Positions 41,453-52,454 of a stretch of 64,000 nucleotides of DNA are shown here, piece by piece. The stretch spans positions 608,001 to 672,000 of the forward strand of contig CAWFQB010000001.1 in assembly GCA_963817895.1 (NCBI GenBank), read 5' to 3'. The translations under genes and the position numbers were made by a program. The DNA comes from an uncultured Chthonomonadaceae bacterium. GTDB taxonomy: Bacteria > Armatimonadota > Chthonomonadetes > Chthonomonadales > Chthonomonadaceae. The first letter of the stretch is position 1. Every line of letters starts with the position of its first letter. Under the pieces are notes generated by a model that saw only the letters and a list, made by a program, of their open reading frames with translations, was not told the DNA's origin and ran no database searches.

Positions 41453-43059
41453 GCGTGGAACGGTTCTTTCTCGCGGGATGAATCAAACTCCTGCAATGCG
41501 TCCGGGGCTTTCCATACGTCCGCCGCTTTCAGGGCGAGCGTTGGCTCTTCTGAGGGATGCGCTTTGAGCGGGCGCAACGGCAGGTCTTCAGGACTCGCTT
41601 CCACCGTCATGCCGGGAAGAGCGCGGAGCGCGCCGGGACGCGCGAACCGGGTTGCCAGCGCAAACTCCGCGATTTCGGCCAGCACGACGCGCAGGCCCAC
41701 CAGCATCGAGGCGCGTAGTATGCCGCGTATGCGGGCGTCCCCACCGCGAACCAGCCGCATCAATCCGGTCGGGCGCAGGTGAAACAGAGATTCGGTTAGC
41801 TTTACGCTCCAGAACAGCGCGGCGGGCGACAGATGCGGCGTCCGAATCACCTGATTGCGGTACGTCCACAGGGCCATATCGGTTTGTATCACCTGCTGTG
41901 GATCGGTTTTGCGCCCCGCTTCCGTCCAGAAGTGCGGCGTGATATACACGGCGTTGAGAATGTCGGCGTCCAGCAGCCGGAGTTTGCCGAGTTTCACGCG
42001 CACTGTAGTTCGCGTTTCATCCTCAAGCCCGTAGATGATGTTGACCAGGCTGATAATCCGATTGCGGCGCAGCAGCGCGACGGCTTCGCGGGATACGGCA
42101 AAGGGATTGTTTTTGCGGACGGCAGCCACCACAGGGTCTTCCAGCGACTCCACGCCCATCACCACGTAGTCTATGCCCGCCGCCTTCATTTGCGGCAGCA
42201 GGTCCGCGTTGGCGACGACGCCCGCAGCCGTTATATTGACGTTCAGCGACAGACCAAGATCGGCCTCGATCAACAGCGTCAGCAGTTCTTTCAGCGCGTC
42301 GCGATCTCCGCCAAAATTTTCATCGGCGAACCAGACGATTTTGACGCCATACTGCCGCGCCAGAACCGTCAACTCCCGCGCCACGTTGCCGGGGCTGCGA
42401 TGCCGCCAGCGTTTCCAGAAAAGCCATTGCCCGCAATACGTGCAGGTAAGCGGGCAGCCCCTGCTGAACTGCATACCCGCCGACCGCCCGACCCCGAACA
42501 GGTGGTAGCGCGGCCAGTCCACCAACTCCCAGCCGGGGCGGTAATCGTCCAGATTTTGCAGGGCGGGACGAGTCCGGTTGAGGATAACGCGCTCTTCTCT
42601 TCGCCAGGCCAGACCGGGAATTTCGGCAAGGGAGGAATCCTGTTCCCATGCGGCTGCTAATTCCAACACGGTTTGCTCGGCCTCGCCCCGAACAATCACA
42701 TCAAGAGCGGGACATTCGCGCAGGCTGCTTTCGGCTGCATAAGAGGGGTATACGCCCCCGTAGGCGATACGCGCGCGGGGAAAGGCGGCGCGCAGGGCGG
42801 TCGCGGTGGCAAGGCAAACGGCGTGCGCGGCGGTCGAGCCGGTATGTCCGAGCAGGATGCAGTCGGGGCGAAAGGTTGTTATCTCCGCAACCAGTCGGCG
42901 CGTGTTCCAGCCGTAAAGATCGTTGTCAATCAGGCGTACGCAATGCCCCGCGTCCACCAGCGGGCCGCCGAGAAAAACAAGTCCCAGAGGAATCTGGTAG
43001 CCCAACCCGTAGCGATTGGCGATGAACCGCCGCGCCGGTGTCAGCAAGACAACGCGCAT
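41449..43059 (-). CDS. B12-binding radical SAM protein (BchE-like family)
   Basis: PLGL, YGGVYP, VRGEAE, SRGCPLTCTYC, ADEN, GVES. Confidence 0.85.
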   Translation of the reverse strand: MRVVLLTPARRFIANRYGLGYQIPLGLVFLGGPLVDAGHCVRLIDNDLYGWNTRRLVAEITTFRPDCILLGHTGSTAAHAVCLATATALRAAFPRARIAYGGVYPSYAAESSLRECPALDVIVRGEAEQTVLELAAAWEQDSSLAEIPGLAWRREERVILNRTRPALQNLDDYRPGWELVDWPRYHLFGVGRSAGMQFSRGCPLTCTYCGQWLFWKRWRHRSPGNVARELTVLARQYGVKIVWFADENFGGDRDALKELLTLLIEADLGLSLNVNITAAGVVANADLLPQMKAAGIDYVVMGVESLEDPVVAAVRKNNPFAVSREAVALLRRNRIISLVNIIYGLEDETRTTVRVKLGKLRLLDADILNAVYITPHFWTEAGRKTDPQQVIQTDMALWTYRNQVIRTPHLSPAALFWSVKLTESLFHLRPTGLMRLVRGGDARIRGILRASMLVGLRVVLAEIAEFALATRFARPGALRALPGMTVEASPEDLPLRPLKAHPSEEPTLALKAADVWKAPDALQEFDSSREKEPFHA

Positions 43060-43225
43060 TTCCCGTATCCTCTCCTGCCGCAATGCGCCCCGATGGTAAA
43101 CCGTTCTGCTTCAACGTTTTAATATGGTATTAGTTTATCACAATCGCGCCGAAAGGCAGTACAATCCTGACCGGATGGCGAATATACTTCCTGACCGTCT
43201 CACCAAACATAAAGGAAACAGCAAC

Positions 43226-46200
43226 ATGCCCCTGTCACGCCGCGCATTTGTGGCGCGCGCTGCCGCGCTTGGCGCGATCAGCGAAACTAATCTCCTGTCG
43301 GCTAATGCCGCTTCGGAAGCCGCGCCCGCTCCCCCCGGGAAGGAGGCGGTTCTTACCCTGCCGCCTGTGACGCTACGCGGGTACGGCGCGATTGCGGCGA
43401 CGTTCCGGGTTCTGGATGGAGGACGGGCTTCCCTCACGGCCATTACCTGCGAATCGGCGCAAAAGGCGCGGCTTATACAGGCGAAATACCTGTCCGATCT
43501 GGAACGGCTTCCCGGCCTGCGCCCTGAAAGCCGTGTCGCCAAAGGCGGCGGCGTTTCTCTTCATCATACCCCGTCGGGCGGGGTTGTGGCCTGCTACGCG
43601 CGGGGACGCGACGCGCGGATACTGGCCGCTGTGGATACGCGGGCGCTGGCGCGGCTATGCGATGCCGCGCTTCCTTCCGGCGCGGCGCGGGCGGACTTTC
43701 TGCCCCGCGTTCCCATCCCGATGTGGCTGGATCGCTGGGATCGCTACGGCCTGCTGTGCTACTTCGCCCCGAACGCGCTTCCGCCCGGCGTGTCCGATGA
43801 CGCGCAGACGTATGATTACGCGGACGCGCTGACCTTTGCGCGTACACACGGGCCGCTTGGCCTCGTCGTGTGGACCAATCCCCTGACGGACGATTACGCC
43901 GAGGGGATTACCAACGAGCAGGCGTGGGACTGGATGCAGGCCAATGCGCGGAAGCAGGGGATTCCCGTTCATATCAACACGCAGATAGAGCCGCCGCAAG
44001 TGTGGCTTGCCAACCGTTACCGGGAACAGACGATGCTCAAAGCCCCGCAGTTTTTGGGCGGCTATTACGGCGTAGCCCATGACTCTTCGGGGGTGGGCGC
44101 GATCTCGTGGCTGTCGCAGGAGGCCGAAGACGCGCTGCTTGGCGTGTTTCAGCATACGGTGAGGCGGTTCGCGAAAGCCCCCAATATCGTCGGCTGGCTG
44201 GAACCGCACGGCGAAACGTATGAAGTCGCCCCAAAAGTATTTTCTCGAATCGGGGCCGTATGCCGAAGCCGTGTGGCGCGCGTTCCTGCGCAATCGCTAT
44301 GGCACACTACAGGCTCTGTCCGTTCGCTGGCATCGCAAGGCCGACCATTACAAGGCATGGGAGGAGGTTCGTATCCCTGAAGTCGCCGACTTCGCCGGGT
44401 TCGGACCGGACGCGCTTGATTTGCGCGGAACCTGGCGCGTCAAGTATGCGCCCGCGCCCGACGGCCACGCTTATACGGAGGGGGAAGCCCGAAACCTGCC
44501 CTCGCCACCGCCAATCGCGCCCGTTCCCGCCGAGTGGTATAATCCCGGCTTCGACGACAGCGGTTGGGACGAACTGCTCGCGCCGGGGAATGACCGTATG
44601 CTGTATCTGAAACGCAGCCCGCTTGTGTACCGCCGAACCCTTGACATTCCCGCCGACTGGCTGGCGTCCTCGCCCCGCGTCACGCTTGTTGTCTGGGACT
44701 TGCTTCATCGGGAACATGATGTGACCGCTGTTACCATCAACGGACAGGCGGTAAAAGAGCAGTCTTACGGCGGCAATGAGCAGCACTGGAGTCAGTTCGA
44801 CGTGACGGACGCGCTGAAACCCGGCGCGAACCTGCTTGTGCTGCAAATGCCGCGCGCCCTGATCTGCTACCGCGCCTATCTCACAAAAGAGGTGGTACGC
44901 TTGTATCCGCATCTTGGCGCGTCCAAAAACGCGCAGTGGGCAGACTTTGTGGAGTGGAACATTCAATCGCGGGGTGCGCAGATACGGCGCGGGGCGGAGA
45001 TGATTCGGCAAATAGACCCGGACAGCTCCATCAATTTCATGGCGGCAACCGATTACGCCGATCCGGTCAAAAAAGCGTGTCAGGATTATGGCGGCAGGTT
45101 CCACGACACGGGCAGCATGGCGGGCTTTTGGACGGAAGAAAACACCCTTTTGATGAACGGCATCGGCCTGCCGGTCACTGCGGAAGCCGGGAACGGAGCG
45201 CCCAACGCGAAGGAATTCCAGTTGTTCTGGGGACGCTGGCTGACCGAAGGCGTGACGGGCATCCACTACTTTCAGAACTGGGGCGAGATTGCATGGAATC
45301 CCGACGTGCTGAAGGTGTTCGAGGCGAATCAGGCGATGTATGAAATGGTCGGCAAGTACCACGCGCCATTTGCCCGCGTCGCCGTCCTGTTCAGTTCGCA
45401 AAGCGCGTGGCTGACGGATTTCCCCTGGTTCGCGTCCCCGGAAGATCGCGGCGGCTACTACTCCCGCTTCAACGCGGCGGGACAACTGCTGAATTACTGC
45501 CCGCGCGACGGCATTGGGGCAAAGGACTTCGGAACGCCTGCGGTCAACAAGTACCGCGTGATTATTGACTCCAACTCCGCGTACATGGACGAGGAACTGA
45601 TTGAGGGCATTGAGAAGTTCGCGCGGCAGGGCGGCGTGTTTATCACATACGGGCAGACGGGACGCCATACGCCGATTACGCCGGATGCCTGGCCGATCTG
45701 CAAACTAACCGGGTATGAAGTGTCCAAACCGCAGAATTGGAATGAGGGGCGGGCGGTATCACTTGCGCCGAATCAGGCCGTATTTACCCCGTCGGATTTG
45801 CCGCCACAGACTCGCGCATCGGGATTTGCCCTGAAACCCGTTGCGCCCGACTGCCGGACGCTTGCCGTGTGGGAGGATGGCGCGGTCGCTATCGGGATGC
45901 GCCCCCTTGGCGCGGGCTGGATCGCGCAGATGGGAGCGGAGTTCCATGACGAGCGGTTTGTCGCCGTGACGGGCGCGCTGCTGCGTCATTTTGGCGTTAC
46001 GGATCGAGTTCCCGCAACCGTCGCGCCGCAACGGGGGCTTCACCTGCGCCATTTCATCGGCAACACGGGCCTGCACGACGTCTGGATTCTGTTCAACGAA
46101 TCCGATACCCCGCTCACAACCGACCTGACGTTCCTGACCGGCGTTCATCCCACAACTCTGACCGATGTGGTGAGCGGGCAGGCGATGGCGATTGTTCGCA

Positions 46201-47195
46201 ATTCGCAGGGCGATAAAGTAGCGGGCATCGAACTGGCGGCGTGGCAGTCGCGCCTGTTGGTTTCGCCCCGCGCCGACGTGACGGCTTCGCCGCTGGAATG
46301 GCTGCGATTGCAGCGAAACTGGTGGCAGGGAACCGCCGCGCCGCCCGCCAAACGCCTGCCCACGCCCGCCGAATTGCAGCGCTTTTCCCTCGACCTGACC
46401 GAAGGCTGGGCCTACAAGAGTATTGCGGGCTTGAACGATGAACAGGCGGCAAGTCTGGCGCAGACGGACGTGGAGGATGCGGCCTGGGCAAAGCGTCCGT
46501 TGGGGCTGTGGCTGGAACCGGGCGATAAGAGTGTAAAGCGTCACCTGCTGCGCCGTAAGTTTACCGTTCCCGCGCATTGGACAGCGGGGCAGATCGTGTT
46601 ATGCGCGGACATTCCGGGGGCGCAGTTTTCCTACGCGACGCGCCTGTTTGTGGACGGCAAAGCGTGGGCGGGCGGGCGAACAAGCGTGGACGGGCCGTAT
46701 TTCGACGCGCTCGACAACACGTTCACGCCGGGAAAAACGCATCTGCTGGCGCTGGACATACAGGGCAAATCGTCGCTGACGGGTTCGCGCGGCCCGGTCT
46801 GGCTGTACTATTTGCCGGACGCGAAGGAAAAGCAGGATTTAGCGGGAACCTGGACGGTCTATTCCGACCCGCTGCATAAATCGGGCGACGCGCAGGTTCC
46901 CGGCGACATAGCGGGCATGTTCCTGAGCCGAACTGTGACCATTGACGCGGCGCATAAAAACCGCAATGTGGTGGTCTATTATGAGGCGACGGGGGATCGG
47001 TTTTCCCTGATGATCAACGGCCAGTTGCTGAAGCGCAGCGAACAGATACGGGAGCATGTATGTGTCTTCAACGTGACGCCGCTGGTTCGGTTCGGGGAGG
47101 AAAACCGGATCGAACTGGTAAGCGGTTCCGGGGGCGGAACCAAAGCGATTCAGCGGGTCGAACTTCGCTTTTACGACAAAGGCGCGTATCCTTAG
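43226..47195 (+). CDS. Large Tat-exported glycoside hydrolase (GH42-like catalytic/trimerisation + galactose-binding domains), frameshift near 44230
   Basis: MPLSRRAFV; FLRNRYGTLQALSVRW; FDDSGW; FDVTDALKPGANLLV; ARVAVLFS. Confidence 0.7.
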
Positions 47196-47210
47196 CGTCT
47201 TGTCCAATGG

Positions 47211-47258
47211 CCCTCAACCCCCAACCCCTTCTCCCAAAAAAGCCTGGGAGAAGGGGAG
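47211..47258. repeat. Palindromic intergenic repeat/terminator
   Basis: ccctcaacccccaacccc-ttctccca...tgggagaagggg. Confidence 0.65.
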
Positions 47259-47769
47259 TCGCTTCAGGGCTGTTGAGAACGAGTGGAAAAAGAAAAAGAG
47301 TATGTAGAGACAGCGTCGAAATAGTGGCAATGCAGCGCTTCCAGCCCAGTGTCTCGTTGTGTCAAGTTTTTATGTAGAGGCGTCGTGACCTCCGAATGGT
47401 TACGGCGAACGAGAAGTATGTACAGGCATCTTCTTGCGCCTCCCTTCCAGGTTAGATTGTTGAGAGTTCGTAGTTGATAGAAACTTCGACTTTCAACGGC
47501 CCGCCGCCTGGCTGGTTAGTAAACTCTATTTAGTAGACTTACGTTGCGTATAAAGACGAGGCAAACGCAGGTAAGGTTCGTTTTTTCTGCTGTTTAACAA
47601 GACTTTTTTCTACATTTTTTGCAAATTTTCCTGGCTTTGTCAATCAGAGAGGGAGAAGGCGCAACACAGTGGCGAATGACCCATGACGGGAGATAAATTG
47701 AGCATTTTATATGCGCTGGCGCTGACAGTTAAATAGCCGCCGCGTTCACAATGAACGCAACGGCTAAAC

Positions 47770-47798
47770 TTGACAATACATTCCCAATCTGGAATAAT
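47770..47798 (+). promoter_or_regulatory. Sigma70-like promoter of TA operon
   Basis: TTGACA-17 nt-AATAAT, 5 nt upstream of the ATG. Confidence 0.55.
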
Positions 47799-47803
47799 AG
47801 GCA

Positions 47804-48208
47804 ATGGATGCACAACTGCCTGCATTGAAACCGATGTACTTTGTTGTGGAAGCCGCCCGTGACGATTTGCTGGACGTACCCTTGCCCGTCCGTAAAGAGT
47901 TCGGACACGCGCTGTATCTGGCGCAAACGGGCGCAGCACACCAGAACGCGAAACGGCTACAGGGCTTTGGTTCCGGCGTTCTGGAAGTGGTTGAAAACTA
48001 TGCTGGAGATACGTTTCGCGCCGTGTATACTGTGCGTTTTGCCGAAGCCGTGTACGTGCTGCATGTCTTCCAGAAGAAGAGTACGCGGAAGATTGAAACT
48101 CCACAGAAGGAACTGGATACCATTCAGGTTCGTTTACAGCGGGCGCAACAGCAGCACGAAGAGTATTTGCGCCGTCAGGAAGAGGAACAAAAGAAACATG
48201 GAAGGTAA
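47804..48208 (+). CDS. RelE/HigB-like toxin (Gp49/DUF891 type)
   Basis: KRLQGFGSGVLEV...DTFRAVYTVRFAEAVYVLHVFQKKS. Confidence 0.9.
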   Translation: MDAQLPALKPMYFVVEAARDDLLDVPLPVRKEFGHALYLAQTGAAHQNAKRLQGFGSGVLEVVENYAGDTFRAVYTVRFAEAVYVLHVFQKKSTRKIETPQKELDTIQVRLQRAQQQHEEYLRRQEEEQKKHGR

Positions 48209-48530
48209 CAACAATCCCATACTTGTCAGCGGCAACATCTTCGCTGACCTGAATATTCCCAACGCCGAAGAAGAACTGGAGAAGGCGCAGCTTGGCAGCG
48301 CTATTCGCAGCATCGTTGAGGCAAACGGCTGGACGCAGGAGGAAGCGGCGAAGCAGATGGGTACGTCACAGCCGAAAGTCTCGCAGATCATTGGCGGCAA
48401 ACTGGCGGGATTCACGGCGGATCGGCTGTTGAAATACGTTCGCGCGTTGGAATGTGACGTGGAAATCCGCATCACGCGCAAACCCGCTGACCGCGAACAC
48501 GGTTCCGTCACCGTCGTCTGCGCCGTGTAG
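48198..48530 (+). CDS. XRE HTH antitoxin (HigA-like)
   Basis: SGNIFADL, WTQEEAAKQMGTSQPKVS, FTADRL. Confidence 0.9.
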   Translation: MEGNNNPILVSGNIFADLNIPNAEEELEKAQLGSAIRSIVEANGWTQEEAAKQMGTSQPKVSQIIGGKLAGFTADRLLKYVRALECDVEIRITRKPADREHGSVTVVCAV

Positions 48531-48664
48531 CGGGTCGCTGTATCTCACGGATGGACGGATAGCCTGTCCTCATCCGCGCGATTGGGGTTCATACCCGTTA
48601 TAAACTCTTTCAATTCGGCGTCGCGTCGCGCCAGTTCGGTTTCATCGTCCGTCGCGTCTTCTGT

Positions 48665-49072
48665 TCACCACGAGTCAATCAACGCGATAGCCGCTTTTTG
48701 CTTCGCCGTCAGCGTGATCGGTTTTTGCTCCAGAAGATGTTCAAGGAAGGCATGCATGTCGTCAAAGTCGGCGATACGGGATTGGATGGCGCGGAGGGTT
48801 GGCGTATCAAGACCGGCTTCGAGTTTGGCAGTCCGCGCCTTTAGTTCGTTGATCTGCGCCTGCAACGCTGCTCTTTCCGCCAGCATTCCCTCCCATTGCT
48901 GCTGATGTTGCTGCCTCTCGCGTTCCGCGCCGCGACTCAATATTTGCTCTTCTTCGGCATCCAACTGCCGCAATCCCGCTTCATAAACGGCTCGTTCTTC
49001 CGCAGTCAAAGGTTCGCCTATTACCGCCCTGTAATGCAGCGGCCACCACCCTTTGTAAGTTGCTTCGTCCAT
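48665..49072 (-). CDS. Hypothetical coiled-coil protein
   Basis: AAGGA RBS; WWPLHYR...GEPLTAEE; heptad-rich. Confidence 0.6.
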   Translation of the reverse strand: MDEATYKGWWPLHYRAVIGEPLTAEERAVYEAGLRQLDAEEEQILSRGAERERQQHQQQWEGMLAERAALQAQINELKARTAKLEAGLDTPTLRAIQSRIADFDDMHAFLEHLLEQKPITLTAKQKAAIALIDSW

Positions 49073-49199
49073 GCAAGTTCCTTTCGTCTTCCTTCTATCT
49101 TGCTGCTACAAACGTTGGATACCACTACCAGTTGGCCTCCAAGAGCGGCAAAATACAAACTAATGTTGGTCTTCTGATGCTCGATACATGACTTTGCAG

Positions 49200-49256
49200 A
49201 TTTTTAAGCTTAAAAATACTCTAAAACTTGACAATGTTTACATTTTGGTGTATCCT
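49200..49256 (+). promoter_or_regulatory. Sigma70 promoter with palindromic operator-like sites
   Basis: TTGACA(49228)-17 nt-TATCCT; palindromes atttttaagcttaaaaat and aatgtttacatt. Confidence 0.65.
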
Positions 49257-49277
49257 AATATTTAGAAGGAGAGTAAT

Positions 49278-49889
49278 ATGCCGGACGGAGATCGTTTTCC
49301 ACATTTGAAACCCCGCTATAACACTGTGTACAAGCAGGTATGTCAGGGACAACTCGAACCACAGACAATCGCGCGAAACATTGTAACTGTTCTGCGCAAA
49401 GATATTCAGGATGCTCATGAGACGCCTATTCAGGCTATCAAATGTATCTCTGCGCAACATTCTTTGATTTTGCTGCGACTCCGCTCCGGCATAGCAGTAG
49501 ATTGGTGTGAAGCTATACAACAATTAGCTGATACTGCGCGAACTGTCACTTCTAAATCTATGCGAAGTCTTGTCGAGCGGGCCGGCAATGAAAATTTGGA
49601 TGAACTTCATAAGGGTGACAACTGCGGTGATATGCACACAAATCTTATTCTAAGGTTTCTTCTCCATTTGTATTCTGCTAACTTCGCAGATTGCCTGCCG
49701 ATGATTCCTCAGCATTTCGATAATGCTACTCCTGAAGCTATCAGCGCACAGTTAGAGACTATACAACCTTACGTAGAAGCGGAACTTGCCCGGTTTGCAG
49801 AGGAAATAAGTCGAAAAGGTTCTGACGCCAAACTGCATTTGTCGCGCCGAAATATGCAGCCGATCAATCTGGACGCAGTGGTTGCTTAA
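49278..49889 (+). CDS. Hypothetical helical protein (N-terminus MPDGD), first gene of the QueC-like operon
   Basis: GAAGGAG RBS, intact 203-aa ORF, 17 nt before the next gene. Confidence 0.75.
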   Translation: MPDGDRFPHLKPRYNTVYKQVCQGQLEPQTIARNIVTVLRKDIQDAHETPIQAIKCISAQHSLILLRLRSGIAVDWCEAIQQLADTARTVTSKSMRSLVERAGNENLDELHKGDNCGDMHTNLILRFLLHLYSANFADCLPMIPQHFDNATPEAISAQLETIQPYVEAELARFAEEISRKGSDAKLHLSRRNMQPINLDAVVA

Positions 49890-50131
49890 GTGGTCGATCA
49901 CGATACATGGAGGCGGTATTGTTAAAACTAGATTATACATTTTCTTTTGCTGATACTCGTCAGTCACCCACTCCCATTCAGTTTATCAATCATCATACAG
50001 GCAAACAAATAGAAGCGACTGTTTTCATCAAATATCAGCGCCTTCTTGAGCAGTATGACTCCTTGCCGGATATTATAGTTGATTGTTTGGACCTCGCCGC
50101 CGCATTGTATTTTGCAGATAGCCGGGCACTA

Positions 50132-51261
50132 ATGGGCTAATCATTTAGACATTGTACAAACCTCATGGAAACTGTGCTGTTCCAGAAGCGAGCATGGAAA
50201 CGTTTGTGTCTTCAAGTAGGTCTCGAACTCTTCGGCTAAGACACTCAGCGTCGCACACTGATGATTGTGACCGACCGCTTCTCGCGCGGCTTTCCAGACA
50301 TGTTCCTGCGGGTTCAGCTCCGGGCAACCCGGCGGAAACCACATGATCTCTAAACGCGGGTTCGCTTCCAAAACCGCTTGGACCGCCGCGCCCTTGTGCC
50401 AAGGAGCACGATCCCACAGCAGAAGGAGGGGCAGGTTCGGGTAAGCGTCGAGCAATTTTTGCAGAAAGAGGGCCGAGACCTCGCTATTCATCAAAGCGGA
50501 ACGCAGCAACGTTTCCTTACCGGTTGCCAGGTTAAGCGCCCCGTAGAAGTGCGTGTTGTCGCGACTGGCGCTCACCCGCACCACCGGTGTCTGACCTTTC
50601 TTCGCCCACACGCGCATCAGAGTTGCCTGCAAGTACGCGCTGGCTTCGTCGCCGGTGAGTAAGATGGTCTTGGGCGCATTTAGCGCCACATCGAGGATTT
50701 TTTTTCCAGTTGCTCCTCGAATTCCATGAGTTTGAGAGCGTTGTGGCTCTTGTACTGCTTTTCCGTGCGTTGGTAGCTCATCTCGCACTTGGCAAGGAGG
50801 GTATGCAAGGAAGTGGAACTCTGATAAACTACCCCGTAGTCACGGGCTAAGAGCGTGGCAAGGTCGGGTACACTCCAAAACTGCCCGTCCCCGACACACT
50901 TGTCTTTGCTCAACAACTGCGTAGGTGTGTAGCGGTGCAACTGGTTCTGGAGGGCTTCGAGTTGCTCGCCCGATAGCCGCGCCCGGTTGCCGCCGCGCCG
51001 CGCGTCTGCCAGAGCGGTGAGGCCGTGTTCTTGATAGGCGCGTGTCCAGTTCATCAGGCTGGAGCGACTACATCCACAGATGTCTTGCACTTGGACGGTG
51101 GAGTAGCCCAGTCCATAGAGACGAACCGCTTGGTAGCGGGTTTTGGTGTTCGCATCGGTACAATGCAGGTAAGCCGCATTCAGGGCATTGGCAGCGGCTT
51201 CCTCTAAGTGGAAAGTGCGTTGTCTCATACCTCATTGTACAACATTTATCTGGTTTGTCCA
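50132..51261 (-). mobile_element. IS630 family insertion sequence
   Basis: Imperfect ~30-bp TIRs ending in TTGTACAA; TA(A) duplicated at both ends; two-ORF transposase. Confidence 0.92.
50141..51228 (-). CDS. IS630 transposase (HTH ORF + DDE ORF joined by a frameshift at A8)
   Basis: GDEAS, WDRAPWH, PELNPQEHVW; slippery GAAAAAAAA at 50698-50706. Confidence 0.92.
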
Positions 51262-52454
51262 TAAGGCGTAGGGATGAAAAGTGTCGTATACAATTAAAAA
51301 TGCCCGTTCGCCAACACGAAATCTGGCGTAATTCACAGAACTTGGCGCAACTACAAAACATTCTTGACCATTACACAGGCGATGCATGGCATTTTGAGTT
51401 TGTGCAACGTAAAGCCTCGCCACCGACACAATGTAAGCAGCTTTATCTTCCTCTTCGCGCTGGTGATGCCGTTGAAGTGGCTTTATGGAGTGGAGGACTG
51501 GACGCCCTTGCAGGATTATGCAGTCGCTTGATTGCTCAACCGAAAATGCAGTTCATGCTTGTTGGAACGGGCGCAAACCCGTTCATTCAGTCCCGGCAAA
51601 AAGATATTGCGGACGAGTTTGAGAAAAAGTTTCCGGGTCGCGCAAGGCTGATGCAACTCCCTATACAACTCACAGGAACCAACAAACTGCGTGCAAACTC
51701 CTGTCAGCGTTCCAGAGGTTTCGTTTTTCTGTTGCTCGGCGCTGTATGCGCCTATATGGAGGGGCAACGCACATTACACGTTTATGAGAATGGCGTTGGA
51801 GCCATCAACTTACCTTATCGAGCGTCAGAACTAGGGTTAGACCACACCCGCTCTGTTCATCCTGTATCTTTAATCAAGATGAGCGACTTTGTTTCGCAAC
51901 TTTTAGACACAAGTTTCCAAATTGTAAATCCCTTTGAAGCCTGGACAAAGGGACAAATGTGCTCTTCTCTGGTGGCATTGGACACGGTTTATCTCATCAA
52001 GTGTACAATCTCATGCGATAGACGCCGACGTGAAGCAGTAATGCAATGCGGACGTTGCTCTTCCTGTCTGTTGCGTCGTCAGGCTCTGACGGCAGCGGGA
52101 ATCAAAGATGAAACTGATTACGCGGTCAATGCTTCTATGTCAAAAGAAAATTTGGAACGCCTGCTTGCAAATTCCCATCTTCCGTATATGCGGGAACAAG
52201 TAAAATGTATCCGCGCCTGGCTTGGCGCTCCTGATGTCTGGCCGAAGCTGCCCAAACATTTCCGCGACCTGTCTACAATCAGGAATGTTTTAGCGCAGAG
52301 GCGCAAAGTTGATGGGGTGACAATCCAAAATCAACTTTTACGGCTTTACCAGTGCTACATAGATGAATGGCTGATTTTTGAACAAACTATTGCTTAGATA
52401 TGCAGATGAAAGTTGTTCTTATCTCTTACTGCTGTCTCAGCCAAAGGAAACCGC

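Larger units (their letters stand above)
49907..52397 (+). pseudogene. QueC/QatC-like PP-loop protein interrupted by IS630
   Basis: DCLDLAAALYFAD | SGGLDA, QRSRGF, ENGVGAIN, TRSVHP, NPF..TKGQM, TISC, CGRCSSCLLRR; IS removal restores a 452-aa frame. Confidence 0.88.

Noticed and set aside
49907..52397. Housekeeping queuosine biosynthesis QueC
   Set aside because: About twice the usual length, with QatC-like motifs and no queDEF context.
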